64,000 bases of DNA, from NCBI GenBank assembly GCA_949299505.1, contig CASGAS010000001.1, positions 9,337 through 73,336 of the forward strand, in the 5' to 3' direction. A program made the translations under genes and the position numbers. The notes beneath the pieces were generated by a model. That model was given only the letters and a program-made list of their open reading frames with translations. It was not told the DNA's origin and did not search any database. Positions 55,551 to 64,000 of this stretch are shown here, in pieces. Positions within the stretch are counted from its first letter, which is position 1. Every line of letters starts with the position of its first letter. This stretch comes from an uncultured Eubacteriales bacterium (GTDB lineage Bacteria > Bacillota > Clostridia > Oscillospirales > Acutalibacteraceae).

Positions 55551-57096
55551 ACCGCCAGGCGACGGTTTCCTCCACCGTCACAACCCCGGCGTTGTCCACC
55601 GAGCGCAGCGCAATGCCGTCCGGCGAGAACACCAGCATCGACGCGACGTACGTTTTTGCGCCGTTCGCCGTCCAGCCGCCGTCGATGAGCGTCGGATAGA
55701 CGTGTTCGGTCTTAAACTCCGTTTTGTGCGCATGGCCGCTGACTAAGAGGCTGACCCCCAGCGTATCGAGCTTCTCGTGCGCGGCGGCGGACAGGTCCTC
55801 CTCAATGCAGATGGAGTCCGCGTGCGAAAGCGCGACGGTCTTTGCGCCGTCCGGGTTCTCAAGGCTCTCCAGCCACGCGACCATATCGGCGCGGCTCTGG
55901 CTGTAGGTGACCATGTTCCCGTATTCGGGGTGGTCGTCGGCCTTGTCTTCGCCGCTGTCGAGCACAACAAACCGGTAGTCGCCGAGCTGCGCGGTGAAAT
56001 AGAAGCTGTCAAAGCCCAGGTACGCGGGCAGCTTGCCCGCTTCCCGGCCGCGCGTTTCGTGGTTGCCGCGAACGAAAAGGACGGGCATCGACCCGCCGCC
56101 AAGGTCGGAGGCGAATTGCAGGATATAATCGACCACCTCGGACGCGAACATCATCCCCGGCGCGCTGTCGCCCAGCAGCAGCAGCGCGTCGTAGCCGCCG
56201 AGCTGCCCGGCCGTGCTTTTGGCAAGGTCGGTGTGCGTGTGCCAGTCCGAAACGGTCAGCGCGCGCACGGTGTCGCCGAAGGTGCCGCTGAATTCGACAG
56301 GCTCGGATTCAATGGTTTTGCCGCTTCGGCCGCCGTAGCTGCGGTCCTCCAAAATGCGCACGGAGCCGACGGTATAGGTGTTGTTCTGCAGCTCTTCGTA
56401 CGGGACGCGCACGGTGTGGATGGTGCTGTCGGCAGCCTTGCGCCCGGCGGCTTCGTCATAGCGCGTGACCGTTTCGCCGCCGTAGGAATAGGTGACGTAC
56501 CCGGTGCCCTTGCCGCTGGTGGAAAACACGACCGAATAGTCCGTGCCGTTGTCAAACACGACAGGACCCGAGGTAAAGCGGTACGGCGTAAAGGGGAAAA
56601 GCGCCGCGACGCATGCGGTAAGCAGCGCAAGCGACAGCACCGCGCAAAGCCCGGCGCGCAGCTTCTTTTTCTGCAGGTTCGGCAGAATGAACAGCGCAAG
56701 CAGCAGCGCTCCGCCCGCCGCCCAGTACGGCAGGAATTCCATAAGGCTGCGCTGCGTTACGGTGTTCGTCTCCGCGCTGTTGCCGAAGAAGAAGCCGATG
56801 CACACCCCCACGCTGAGAATCGTGTAAACGCCGCCGATCCCATACAGCGCGCGCACCCATTTGCGCTCGAGGTATGTACGGTCCCGCAGCCGCAGCCCGG
56901 ACAGCAGGAACAGCAAAAACACGTTGAGAACCATCAGCAGGAACAGCGTCATGGTAAAGCCGGGAAAAATCGTATCGTCAATGAAATAAAAGGAGTTGCG
57001 GTAGGCGTAAAACACCGGCGCGGCACAAAGCGCAAGCACGGGGAACAGCACCGCCGTAACTTTGCCGAAAAACAGGGCGCGGACCAATTTTTTCAC
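55549..57096 (-). CDS. Membrane-anchored metallophosphoesterase (calcineurin-like)
   Basis: About 5 N-terminal TM segments. Phosphoesterase motifs are present (VSDWHTH, LLLGDS, VRGNHE, LSHAD, VSGHAHK). Confidence 0.75.
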   Translation of the reverse strand: MKKLVRALFFGKVTAVLFPVLALCAAPVFYAYRNSFYFIDDTIFPGFTMTLFLLMVLNVFLLFLLSGLRLRDRTYLERKWVRALYGIGGVYTILSVGVCIGFFFGNSAETNTVTQRSLMEFLPYWAAGGALLLALFILPNLQKKKLRAGLCAVLSLALLTACVAALFPFTPYRFTSGPVVFDNGTDYSVVFSTSGKGTGYVTYSYGGETVTRYDEAAGRKAADSTIHTVRVPYEELQNNTYTVGSVRILEDRSYGGRSGKTIESEPVEFSGTFGDTVRALTVSDWHTHTDLAKSTAGQLGGYDALLLLGDSAPGMMFASEVVDYILQFASDLGGGSMPVLFVRGNHETRGREAGKLPAYLGFDSFYFTAQLGDYRFVVLDSGEDKADDHPEYGNMVTYSQSRADMVAWLESLENPDGAKTVALSHADSICIEEDLSAAAHEKLDTLGVSLLVSGHAHKTEFKTEHVYPTLIDGGWTANGAKTYVASMLVFSPDGIALRSVDNAGVVTVEETVAWR

Positions 57097-57191
57097 AGGG
57101 AAAACCTCTCTTCCATAGTAAGCTGAAGCGGCAGCTTAGGTTGCGCCTGTATTTTACCACAAAAACGAGCGGAAAGACAAGCGTCTTTTTG

Positions 57192-57974
57192 TTATATTTT
57201 TCTAAAGTCCGGCGGCGCGCACAGCTCGGAAAAGGCGGCGTAGACCGGCGAAATGCGGTCGGAAAGCCAGTTTGCAAAGTCCAGTGCGCCGGGAAAGGCG
57301 TTTTCCTGCGGCACGCAGCGCGGCAAAAGCAGGTGGAGCGCCGTCCCGCCTTGTCCCGTTTCCCGCCAAAGCCGCCCGCTGAGTCTCTGCACCGTCCGCT
57401 TGGCAAGGGCCGCGGCCGCTTCCCCGAACGCGCCGTCCGCAAGCGGCGAGACGAACGACGCCGCCGCGACGCCGCCGGCCGAAAAGGCGTACAGCGTCAG
57501 CGGGCGGCCGTTTTCCAGCGCCACGGCAAGCAGGCGCAGCACCGCCCAAAGCAGCGCGCGCCCGTCCGCCTGCACAAACAGGGGGTGCGTCGGAAAAAAC
57601 CGCACGCGCCCGTCGCCCAAAAGCAGGTCGCAGCAAAGCGTCACGTCCGAAAGCAGCGCGGTAAGGTCGACCGCCTTGCCGCTTGCGGCCTGCGGCGTCT
57701 GCGCGTCGTAAAACGCCCGAAGCGCGCGCATCCCGTCGCGGTACGCCGTTTGCAGCGCCGCGGGGCTTTCTCCGCGCGCGGCGGCGCCGAACAGCGCGTC
57801 AAAATAGGTCTGAAAGCGTTCGCGCCCGGCTTTGCCGCGCGCAGCCTTTGCCTGCGCCTGTCGCAGCAGCGCGCGCAAGCGCACCTCGGCCGTTTCCATA
57901 ATATCCCGCCTTTTTCGCATGTTTTCAAGGCTCGCGGGCATACTGGAAATGCGCCGCGGCTGTGCGAATAGCAT
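57192..57974 (-). CDS. Hypothetical protein with a degenerate histidine-kinase-like (GHKL) ATPase-like C-terminal half
   Basis: 260-aa ORF. An alternative ATG at 57899 (METAEV) has a better RBS. The layout resembles an HK catalytic domain (ADGRALLWAVLRLLAVALENG ... GGTALHLLLP), but the N-box Asn and the G-boxes are not conserved. Confidence 0.45.
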   Translation of the reverse strand: MLFAQPRRISSMPASLENMRKRRDIMETAEVRLRALLRQAQAKAARGKAGRERFQTYFDALFGAAARGESPAALQTAYRDGMRALRAFYDAQTPQAASGKAVDLTALLSDVTLCCDLLLGDGRVRFFPTHPLFVQADGRALLWAVLRLLAVALENGRPLTLYAFSAGGVAAASFVSPLADGAFGEAAAALAKRTVQRLSGRLWRETGQGGTALHLLLPRCVPQENAFPGALDFANWLSDRISPVYAAFSELCAPPDFRKI

Positions 57975-58039
57975 ACCCTGTTTTTCCGCATATACGAAAT
58001 TTTAGGCAGTACGACAAAGTTTTCACAAGCGGCAGGGAA

Positions 58040-58082
58040 TTTTGGAAAACAACTTGCAAATTTCCAAAAATCGGTATACAAT
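58040..58082 (+). promoter_or_regulatory. gap promoter flanked by a 9-bp-arm inverted repeat
   Basis: TTGCAA (58054-58059), 17 nt, TACAAT (58077-58082). The inverted repeat is TTTTGGAAA (58040-58048) and TTTCCAAAA (58061-58069). Confidence 0.5.
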
Positions 58083-58125
58083 GTTAGCCGCACAAGGAAA
58101 AATACTATATTCGGAGGTAATTTCC

Positions 58126-59163
58126 ATGTCTGTTAAAGTTGCTATCAACGGGTTTGGCCGCATCGGCCGTCTGGCGTTCCGTCAGATGTTCGGCGCGGAA
58201 GGCTATGAGGTCGTCGCGATTAACGACTTGACCAAGCCCTCCATGCTTGCGCATCTGCTCAAGTACGACACCGCGCAGGGCGGCTACTGCGGCAAGATCG
58301 GCGAGAACCTGCACACCATCTCCGCCGACGACGAAGCCGGCACCCTGACTGTCGACGGCAAGACCCTGAAAATTTACGCGATGGCCAACGCCGCGGAGCT
58401 GCCGTGGGGCGAAATCGGCGTAGACGTCGTGCTCGAGTGCACGGGCTTCTATTGCTCGAAGGCGAAGAGCCAGGCGCACATCGACGCCGGCGCGAAGAAG
58501 GTCGTCATTTCCGCGCCCGCGGGCAACGACCTGAAGACCATCGTTTACAGCGTCAACGAAAAGACCCTGACGGCGGACGACACCATCATTTCCGCCGCCT
58601 CCTGCACCACGAACTGCCTGGCGCCCATGGCGAAGGCCCTCAATGATTACGCGCCCGTGCAGAGCGGTATCATGAGCACTATTCACGCTTACACCGGCGA
58701 CCAGATGATTCTCGACGGCCCGCACAGAAAGGGCGACCTGCGCCGTGCGCGCGCGGGCGCTGCCAACATCGTCCCGAACTCCACCGGCGCTGCGAAAGCG
58801 ATCGGCCTGGTGATTCCGGAGCTCAACGGCAAGCTTATCGGTTCGGCGCAGCGCGTGCCCGTTCCGACCGGCTCGACCACCATTTTGACCGCGGTCGTCA
58901 AGGGCAAGGACGTCACCAAGGAAGGCATCAACGCCGCCATGAAGGCTGCCGCGAGCGAGAGCTTCGGCTACAACGAGGACCCGATTGTCTCCTCCGACGT
59001 TATCGGCATGCGCTACGGCTCGCTGTTTGATGCGACCCAGACCATGGTCGCGCAGATTGCCGACGACCTCTATGAGGTTCAGGTCGTTTCCTGGTATGAC
59101 AACGAAAACTCCTACACGAGCCAGATGGTCCGCACCATCAAGTACTTCGCGGAGCTTGCGTAA
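58126..59163 (+). CDS. gap: Type I glyceraldehyde-3-phosphate dehydrogenase
   Basis: Trimmed to the ATG at 58126 after GGAGG. Contains [19 protein letters not shown] and WYDNE. Confidence 0.95.
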   Translation: MSVKVAINGFGRIGRLAFRQMFGAEGYEVVAINDLTKPSMLAHLLKYDTAQGGYCGKIGENLHTISADDEAGTLTVDGKTLKIYAMANAAELPWGEIGVDVVLECTGFYCSKAKSQAHIDAGAKKVVISAPAGNDLKTIVYSVNEKTLTADDTIISAASCTTNCLAPMAKALNDYAPVQSGIMSTIHAYTGDQMILDGPHRKGDLRRARAGAANIVPNSTGAAKAIGLVIPELNGKLIGSAQRVPVPTGSTTILTAVVKGKDVTKEGINAAMKAAASESFGYNEDPIVSSDVIGMRYGSLFDATQTMVAQIADDLYEVQVVSWYDNENSYTSQMVRTIKYFAELA

Positions 59164-59181
59164 GCAATTTCAGAGACCCTG

Positions 59182-59212
59182 GCGGGGATGCAGCGGCATC
59201 CCCGCTTTTTTT
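59182..59212 (+). terminator. Rho-independent terminator after gap
   Basis: GCGGGGATG-N6-CATCCCCGC followed by TTTTTTT. Confidence 0.8.
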
Positions 59213-59285
59213 GTGCGCCGCCGCTTGCGCGCGGCGGCCGGGTTTGCTATACTGAAAGCAGAAAGACGGCAAAGGGGGCGCGGAT

Positions 59286-59786
59286 TTGACCCGGGAACAG
59301 TTTGAAAGGCTGCAGAAGCCGTTTTTGGCGCATCCCGCGCTTTTGCGGGCGCTGCGCGGTGTGGATAAGGCGATTACGGCGCTTGTGTACCTTGCGTACC
59401 CGGCGCTGCTTGCCGCCCTGCTTTTTTTGCGCGACGACCGCTTTCTGCGGTGCGTGCTTGTGCCGGGCGTTTCCTTTGTCGCGGTCAGCGCGCTGCGCCG
59501 TGCGCTGAATTTCCCGCGCCCGTTTGCAAAGCTCGGGTTTTCGCCGCTGCTGCACAAGGACAAGCCCGGCGAAGCGTTCCCGAGCCGCCATGTGTTTTCG
59601 GTCTTTGTGATTGCGTTCGCCTTTTATTATACGTTCGTGCCCGTCGGCGTCGTGCTGACCGTATTCGGCGTGCTGCTTGCCGCCGTCCGCGTGGTCGGCG
59701 GGGTGCATTTCCCGCGCGACGTGCTCTGCGGGGCGGCTGTCGGCGCGGTGTCGGGCGCGGTCGGCTTTTTTCTTATTCCGGGTTGA
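59286..59786 (+). CDS. PAP2 family lipid phosphatase
   Basis: TTG start. Acid-phosphatase motifs are present (FPRPF, PSRH, GVHFPRD), with about 4 TM segments. Confidence 0.8.
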   Translation: MTREQFERLQKPFLAHPALLRALRGVDKAITALVYLAYPALLAALLFLRDDRFLRCVLVPGVSFVAVSALRRALNFPRPFAKLGFSPLLHKDKPGEAFPSRHVFSVFVIAFAFYYTFVPVGVVLTVFGVLLAAVRVVGGVHFPRDVLCGAAVGAVSGAVGFFLIPG

Positions 59787-59811
59787 CAAAATTCGGGCGC
59801 GGACGTATACT
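59783..59811 (+). promoter_or_regulatory. Promoter of the TPP-riboswitch-controlled operon
   Basis: TTGACA, 17 nt, TATACT, overlapping the PAP2 stop codon. Confidence 0.5.
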
Positions 59812-59834
59812 ACATAGTAAGCTTTAGGACAACC

Positions 59835-59993
59835 GAACACAGGGGAGCTGGCGGCAAGCCGGCTGAGAGAAAGGATGCAGCGCGCCTTTGACCCTATGAC
59901 CTGATGCGGGTAATGCCGCCGTAGGGAGCCGTTTTTTCACCGGAAAAATCAGAAGCCTTACGACTGCGGTGTCGTAAGGCTTCTCTATTTTTT
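59835..59993 (+). promoter_or_regulatory. TPP (THI-box) riboswitch with intrinsic terminator
   Basis: ACAGGGGAGC...GGCTGAGAGAAAGG...CCTTTGACCCTATGACCTGATGCGGGTAATGCCGCCGTAGGGA matches the THI-box cores (CUGAGA, ACCUGAU, UAAUGCC-GCGUAGGGA). The terminator is AGAAGCCTTACGAC-N6-GTCGTAAGGCTTCT followed by CTATTTTTT. Confidence 0.9.
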
Positions 59994-60016
59994 ATGTTCC
60001 AAAGGAGGAACCTGTC

Positions 60017-60316
60017 ATGAAAGCAAGCGTAGCCATCCAGGTCCTGCCCGGCGTGCAGGACAAAAACGAAGTTGTGCGCATCGTCGACGAGGTTATCGCC
60101 TACATCGCGTCCACGGGACTGCATTATTATGTCGGCCCGTTCGAGACGACCGTTGAGGGCGAGGACTACGACCAGCTGCTGGACATTGTCAAGGAATGCC
60201 AGCACGTCGCCGTGCGCGCGGGCGCGCCGTCCGTTTCGGCGTATGTCAAGATTTCGTACAAGCCCGAGGGCGGGGTGCTGACCATTGACGAAAAAGTTAC
60301 AAAGCATCACAAGTAA
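60017..60316 (+). CDS. MTH1187/YkoF family thiamine-binding protein
   Basis: 99 aa. VAIQVLP...YYVGPFETTVEG is typical of the family. RBS AAAGGAGG is present, and the gene lies downstream of the TPP riboswitch. Confidence 0.75.
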   Translation: MKASVAIQVLPGVQDKNEVVRIVDEVIAYIASTGLHYYVGPFETTVEGEDYDQLLDIVKECQHVAVRAGAPSVSAYVKISYKPEGGVLTIDEKVTKHHK

Positions 60317-61061
60317 GGCGTCCCCCCTGGCGGCGCTGTTTGCGGTGCTTGCGCTGTGGGCGGCGGCGACGGGCTTTCAGTGGGTTCCGGCGTTTATGCT
60401 GCCGACGCCCGGCGCGGTCGTCGAGGCGTTCATCGCGGATTTTCCGCTGCTGCTAAGCCACGCGGGCGTGACGCTGTGTGAGGCGTTTTTAGGCCTTGCG
60501 CTCGGCGTGTCGCTCGCCTTTGTGCTCGCGTCGCTGATGAACCGCTTTGCGTTTCTCTACAGGGCGCTGTACCCGGTGCTCGTCATTACGCAGACCATCC
60601 CGACCATTGCGGTCGCGCCGCTTCTGGTTCTGTGGATGGGCTTCGGCATGGCGCCCAAGGTGACGCTTGTGGTCATCACCACGTTTTTCCCGATTGCCGT
60701 CAGCCTCTTGGACGGCTTTCGCAGCGCCGACGAAGACGCGGTAAACCTGCTTCGGAGCATGGGCGCGGGGCGGTTCAAAATTTTCCGCCATGTGCTTATG
60801 CCCTCTGCGCTCGGGTCGTTTTTCGCGGGGCTCAAGGTTTCGGCCTCCTATGCGGTGGTCGGCGCGGTTGTCGCGGAGTGGCTGGGCGGCTTTGAGGGGC
60901 TCGGCGTATACATGACGCGCGTGCAGAAAGCGTACGCCTTTGACAAAATGTTTTCCGTCATTCTGTTTATAACGCTTATCAGTCTGCTTTTGATGTGGGG
61001 CGTGACGCTGCTGCGGTACCTTGTCATGCCCTGGGAAAGGAAGGAGAAAGAATCCGTATGA
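60285..61061 (+). CDS. thiX: ABC transporter permease (ThiX-like, NitT/TauT family)
   Basis: 6 TM segments and an EAA-like loop (LLRSMGAGRFKIFRHVLMPSA). The start (TTG at 60285) is uncertain. It sits in the thiamine-regulated cluster. Confidence 0.7.
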   Translation: MTKKLQSITSKASPLAALFAVLALWAAATGFQWVPAFMLPTPGAVVEAFIADFPLLLSHAGVTLCEAFLGLALGVSLAFVLASLMNRFAFLYRALYPVLVITQTIPTIAVAPLLVLWMGFGMAPKVTLVVITTFFPIAVSLLDGFRSADEDAVNLLRSMGAGRFKIFRHVLMPSALGSFFAGLKVSASYAVVGAVVAEWLGGFEGLGVYMTRVQKAYAFDKMFSVILFITLISLLLMWGVTLLRYLVMPWERKEKESV

Positions 61062-62062
61062 AACAAACGCTTAGAAAACTCGGCGCGCTTCTGCTGTGCG
61101 CGGTCCTGCTGGTTTCCCTTGCCGCCTGCGGCGGGGAGGGCGCCGGCAAAACGGACATTACGGTGTCGCTCGACTGGACGCCGAACACCAACCACACCGG
61201 CATTTACGTCGCGCTTGCCAACGGGTATTTTGAAGAGGCGGGCCTCAACGTGACGGTCGTTCAGCCGCCGGAGGCGGGCGCCGCCGCCATGTGCGCGGCG
61301 GGGCAGGCGCAGTTCGCCATTGACGCGCAGGATACGCTTGCGGCGGCCTTTGTTTCCGACGCGCCGCTGGGCGTGACGGCGGTTGCGGCGCTGCTGCAGC
61401 ACAACACGTCTGGCATTATTTCCCGCGCGGGCGAGGGGATGGACCGCCCCAAGGGCCTTGAGGGACACACCTATTCGACCTGGGATTCGCCCATTGAGCT
61501 TGCGACGCTGCGGGCGGTCGTCGAACGCGACGGCGGGGACTTCGACAAGGTGAATCTGATTCCGAACACCATCACCGACGAAGCCGGCGCGCTGCGCGAG
61601 CATCTGACGGACGCGATTTGGATTTTCTACGGCTGGGGCGGCGTTGCGGCCGAACAGACCGGGCTTGATTTCGACTATTTCTATTTCAAGGACATCGACC
61701 CCGTCTTTGACTACTACACGCCGGTGCTCATAGCGAACAATGCGTTTTTAGAGGAGCACCCGGACGAGACGAAGGCGTTTCTTTCCGCGCTGAAAAAGGG
61801 CTACGAATACGCCATTGCGAACCCGGAGGAAGCGGCGCAGATTCTGGTGGACGGCGACACGACCGGCTCTTTGCGCGACTCCCTGGAGCTTGTAACCGCG
61901 AGCCAGAAGTGGATTTCGCCGCAGTACAAGGCCGAGGTCGAGCAGTGGGGCTACATTGACCCGGCGCGCTGGGACGCGTTCTACGCCTGGCTCTGGGACA
62001 ACGGCCTTGTGGAAAAAGAGCTGCCTGCGGGCACGGGGTATACAAATGCCTACCTCTCCTGA
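61058..62062 (+). CDS. thiY: ABC transporter substrate-binding lipoprotein (NMT1/THI5-like, ThiY-like)
   Basis: Trimmed to the ATG at 61058, with an ATGA overlap. Lipobox LVSLAACGG, then LDWTPNTNHTGIYVA, which is typical of the NMT1/THI5 fold. Confidence 0.7.
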   Translation: MKQTLRKLGALLLCAVLLVSLAACGGEGAGKTDITVSLDWTPNTNHTGIYVALANGYFEEAGLNVTVVQPPEAGAAAMCAAGQAQFAIDAQDTLAAAFVSDAPLGVTAVAALLQHNTSGIISRAGEGMDRPKGLEGHTYSTWDSPIELATLRAVVERDGGDFDKVNLIPNTITDEAGALREHLTDAIWIFYGWGGVAAEQTGLDFDYFYFKDIDPVFDYYTPVLIANNAFLEEHPDETKAFLSALKKGYEYAIANPEEAAQILVDGDTTGSLRDSLELVTASQKWISPQYKAEVEQWGYIDPARWDAFYAWLWDNGLVEKELPAGTGYTNAYLS

Positions 62063-62801
62063 CGCGGTGCTGCGCGCCGCGCACATCTCCAAGGCGTTCG
62101 GCGGCCACCGGGTTTTGTCCGACGTGGACCTGACGCTGCAAAAGGGCGAGCTTGTCTGTCTTTTGGGCGTCAGCGGCGCGGGCAAAACGACGCTGTTCAA
62201 CATTCTTTCGGGCCTTATGCGTCCGGACAGCGGGCATGTGTACGCCTACGGCGAGGAGATTACCGGCATGCCGGGAAAAATCAGCTACATGCTGCAAAAG
62301 GACCTGCTTTTGCCGTTTCGTACGGTGCTCGACAACGTCGCGCTGCCGCTGATTTTGCGCGGGACGCCGAAAAAAGAGGCGCGCGAGCAGGCCGCCGCGC
62401 ACTTTGCGCGGTTCGGCCTGGCCGGGACAGAGAAAAAGTACCCGGACAAGCTTTCGGGCGGGATGCGCCAGCGCGCCGCGCTGCTGCGGACGTACCTTGC
62501 GTCCGACGGCATCGCGCTTCTCGACGAGCCGTTCAGCGCGCTCGACACCATTACAAAGGGCGCCATCCACGAGTGGTACCTCGACATCATGCGCGATATT
62601 GAATTGACGACGCTGTTCATTACGCACGACGTCGATGAGGCGGTCAAGCTGTCGGACCGCGTCTGCATTCTCGGCGGCAGCCCCGGGACCATCTTTGCGG
62701 AAATTCCGGTAGAGGAGCCGCGTCCGCGGGCGCACGACTTTATGCTCGGGGAGGCTTTTCTTCGCTACAAGCGGCAGATTTTTGAAGCTTTGCAGATTTG
62801 A
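62046..62801 (+). CDS. thiZ: ABC transporter ATP-binding protein (ThiZ-like)
   Basis: Walker A GVSGAGKTT, signature LSGGMRQR, Walker B LLDEPFSALD. Confidence 0.8.
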   Translation: MPTSPDAVLRAAHISKAFGGHRVLSDVDLTLQKGELVCLLGVSGAGKTTLFNILSGLMRPDSGHVYAYGEEITGMPGKISYMLQKDLLLPFRTVLDNVALPLILRGTPKKEAREQAAAHFARFGLAGTEKKYPDKLSGGMRQRAALLRTYLASDGIALLDEPFSALDTITKGAIHEWYLDIMRDIELTTLFITHDVDEAVKLSDRVCILGGSPGTIFAEIPVEEPRPRAHDFMLGEAFLRYKRQIFEALQI

Positions 62802-62806
62802 ATCAT

Positions 62807-62845
62807 AAAGAAACACGGGAGGCAAACCGCCTCCCGTGTTTCTTT
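62807..62845. terminator. Bidirectional terminator
   Basis: Perfect 17-bp stem AAAGAAACACGGGAGGC-AAACC-GCCTCCCGTGTTTCTTT. Confidence 0.85.
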
Positions 62846-62846
62846 G

Positions 62847-63143
62847 TTACCGCAGTGCGTCGCGCGCTTCGGTCAACCCCTCGCGCACCGCGTCGCCGGC
62901 GTCGGAAACCGCTTCCTCAGCGGCGTGCCCCGCGCCGGTCACGGCGTCGCCGACCGCGTCGCCGGCGTCGGACAGCGCTTCTCCGGCGTCCTTTAGGGCG
63001 TCGCCCGAGTCGGTCAACGCCTCCTGGGCTTCGGTCACCACGTTTTTGTCGCTTGCGTCGTCGTCCTTATCGCCGCCGCACGCCGTCAAAAAGGCGCACA
63101 GCGTCAGCGTGACCGCCGCAAGCGGCAGAACCCATTTTTTCAT
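62847..63143 (-). CDS. Small lipoprotein with repeated acidic (S)DAGDAV-type helical repeats
   Basis: Trimmed to the ATG at 63143 (MKKWVLPLAAVTLTLCAFLTACGG lipobox). The remainder consists of Asp/Ala/Gly/Glu-rich repeats. Confidence 0.6.
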   Translation of the reverse strand: MKKWVLPLAAVTLTLCAFLTACGGDKDDDASDKNVVTEAQEALTDSGDALKDAGEALSDAGDAVGDAVTGAGHAAEEAVSDAGDAVREGLTEARDALR

Positions 63144-63205
63144 TTTGTCTGCCTTCTTTCTCTTTTTTCGGACATGCCTATTGTTTGCAGATTTTTTCGA
63201 TTGAT

Positions 63206-64000
63206 TCATCGGGTCAAAACGCCGTTGTCGCTGTATAACAGCAACAGAATTTCGGCCTCATACCCGGTGCTTGTGTCGATATACACAAGGCATTCCTGCC
63301 CGGAACGGTCTTCACAGTGGAATTCATAGCACTGCGTTTCCCCGCCCGCGTCGGTCGGAATGACCGCCAAGCGCGCGTCCCGGACGGTAAGCAGCGGGCT
63401 TAGGTTCGCTTCGGCAGCTTCCCGCGTCACGGCCGGCGCCTGAAAGACGCGCGCCTTGTGGTTCATCACATAGCCGCGGCAGTCCGCCGAAAGCACCGAC
63501 CCGTCCGTAAGGCTGACGCTTACCTTGATGAGGTCCGGGTAACAGATGCGTTCGGCTTCGGTATAAGCGAAGTTGATGGTGCAGATGCCGTCTTCGGTGG
63601 TGTAGTAGGTCGCCTCCATCCCCGAAAAGCCGCAGGCGGTCAGAAATTGGCTTGCCGCGTCGCGCGCATCGGCGTATTCGAGCTTGGCCTCGCTTGCGAA
63701 TTTGTCGGACAGCAGGTACAAAAGGTATCCGCCGCGCTTGGTAACGGCGATGGTGCTGTCCTCCGTGGAAAAGAGGTAGGCCGTGGTGTTGTCCTCCTCA
63801 GTCCCCGCAAAGGCCAGCGTATCCTCGGGAACGTCCAGAATTTCCGCGGCGCGCGCGAGCGCATCCGCCTGGGCGAATTCCTCGGCGTTTTGCAGCATAG
63901 CCGACTCCAGCGCGTTGATGTGGTCGGAAAACGGCCCGTCGTACAGCAGCGTCGGGTATTCGGTCAGCGCCTGCTCCGCGTCTTCAAAATTTGCGCCCAG
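63206..64000 (-). CDS. ypeB: Germination protein YpeB (C-terminal part; the gene continues beyond the window)
   Basis: The frame stays open up to the 3' edge and reads ...YPTLLYDGPFSDHINALES before the first listed Met. The C-terminal region is PepSY-like. Confidence 0.75.
   Translation of the reverse strand: MGANFEDAEQALTEYPTLLYDGPFSDHINALESAMLQNAEEFAQADALARAAEILDVPEDTLAFAGTEEDNTTAYLFSTEDSTIAVTKRGGYLLYLLSDKFASEAKLEYADARDAASQFLTACGFSGMEATYYTTEDGICTINFAYTEAERICYPDLIKVSVSLTDGSVLSADCRGYVMNHKARVFQAPAVTREAAEANLSPLLTVRDARLAVIPTDAGGETQCYEFHCEDRSGQECLVYIDTSTGYEAEILLLLYSDNGVLTR

Noticed and set aside
58021-58125. A CggR operator upstream of gap.
   Set aside because: The CGGGAC-N6-TGTC direct-repeat pattern known from B. 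subtilis is absent. Only the unrelated TTTTGGAAA/TTTCCAAAA inverted repeat is present, and it is reported separately.
62880-63060. Repeated GCGTCGCCGGCGTCGGA-type segments that at first glance look like a small repeat array.
   Set aside because: They lie inside a lipoprotein ORF and encode the repeated DAGDAV/SDAGDA peptide units. There is no spacer/repeat periodicity or cas genes, so this is not a CRISPR array.
1-64000. A search for mobile elements, prophage remnants, CRISPR-Cas, restriction-modification, toxin-antitoxin or other defence islands, and for tRNA or rRNA genes.
   Set aside because: I recognised no integrase, transposase, recombinase, Cas, nuclease-helicase or phage structural motifs. 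There are no repeat-spacer arrays and no cloverleaf-like or rRNA-like segments. Gene content and synteny are those of a core chromosomal region.

Overview
This window looks like core chromosome from a visibly GC-rich, endospore-forming Firmicute of the class Clostridia. The markers are spoIID, ypeB, a Gram-positive type polC, and the Bacillus-like syntenies pyrH-frr-uppS-cdsA-dxr-rseP-(ispG)-polC and darA-holB-ricT-...-trmN6-rsmI. I call about 65 protein genes; nearly all are housekeeping or ordinary metabolism and transport:
- azlCD, rmuC, and a GPH sugar symporter followed by a GH3 beta-glucosidase
- pflB, a GH28 hydrolase, htpG, feoAB and a NahK-like kinase
- a hisZGDCBA-I-E operon, an M20 peptidase, an MFS transporter and putP
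- citrate synthase, gap, and a riboswitch-controlled ykoF-thiXYZ cluster

I recognise three cis-regulatory elements that the ORF track cannot show:
- a ZTP (pfl-motif) riboswitch with terminator in front of pflB
- a perfect CIRCE operator in front of htpG
- a TPP riboswitch with terminator in front of the thiamine-precursor ABC cluster

Two conserved small genes fall below the ORF-track cutoff: a 56-aa 2x[4Fe-4S] ferredoxin and a 50-aa FeoB-associated Cys-rich membrane peptide.

I see no rRNA or tRNA genes, CRISPR array, transposase, integrase, phage genes or recognisable defence system, and I cannot honestly point to a clear novel multi-gene system.

The observations most worth following up are:
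1. The polC ORF lacks the DnaQ-type proofreading exonuclease insertion.
2. A promoter, a roughly 140-nt leader and a strong terminator sit in front of a secreted protein of unknown function.
3. A promoter is followed about 75 nt later by a terminator upstream of a CarD-like gene.
4. There are two pairs of uncharacterised membrane or secreted proteins (9961-13658).
5. Several single-gene oddities: a long charged tail on the sugar symporter, a His-to-Asn change at the catalytic site of a histidine phosphatase, and a degenerate orphan GHKL-like protein.

All family assignments come from motif recognition by eye; no database search was possible.
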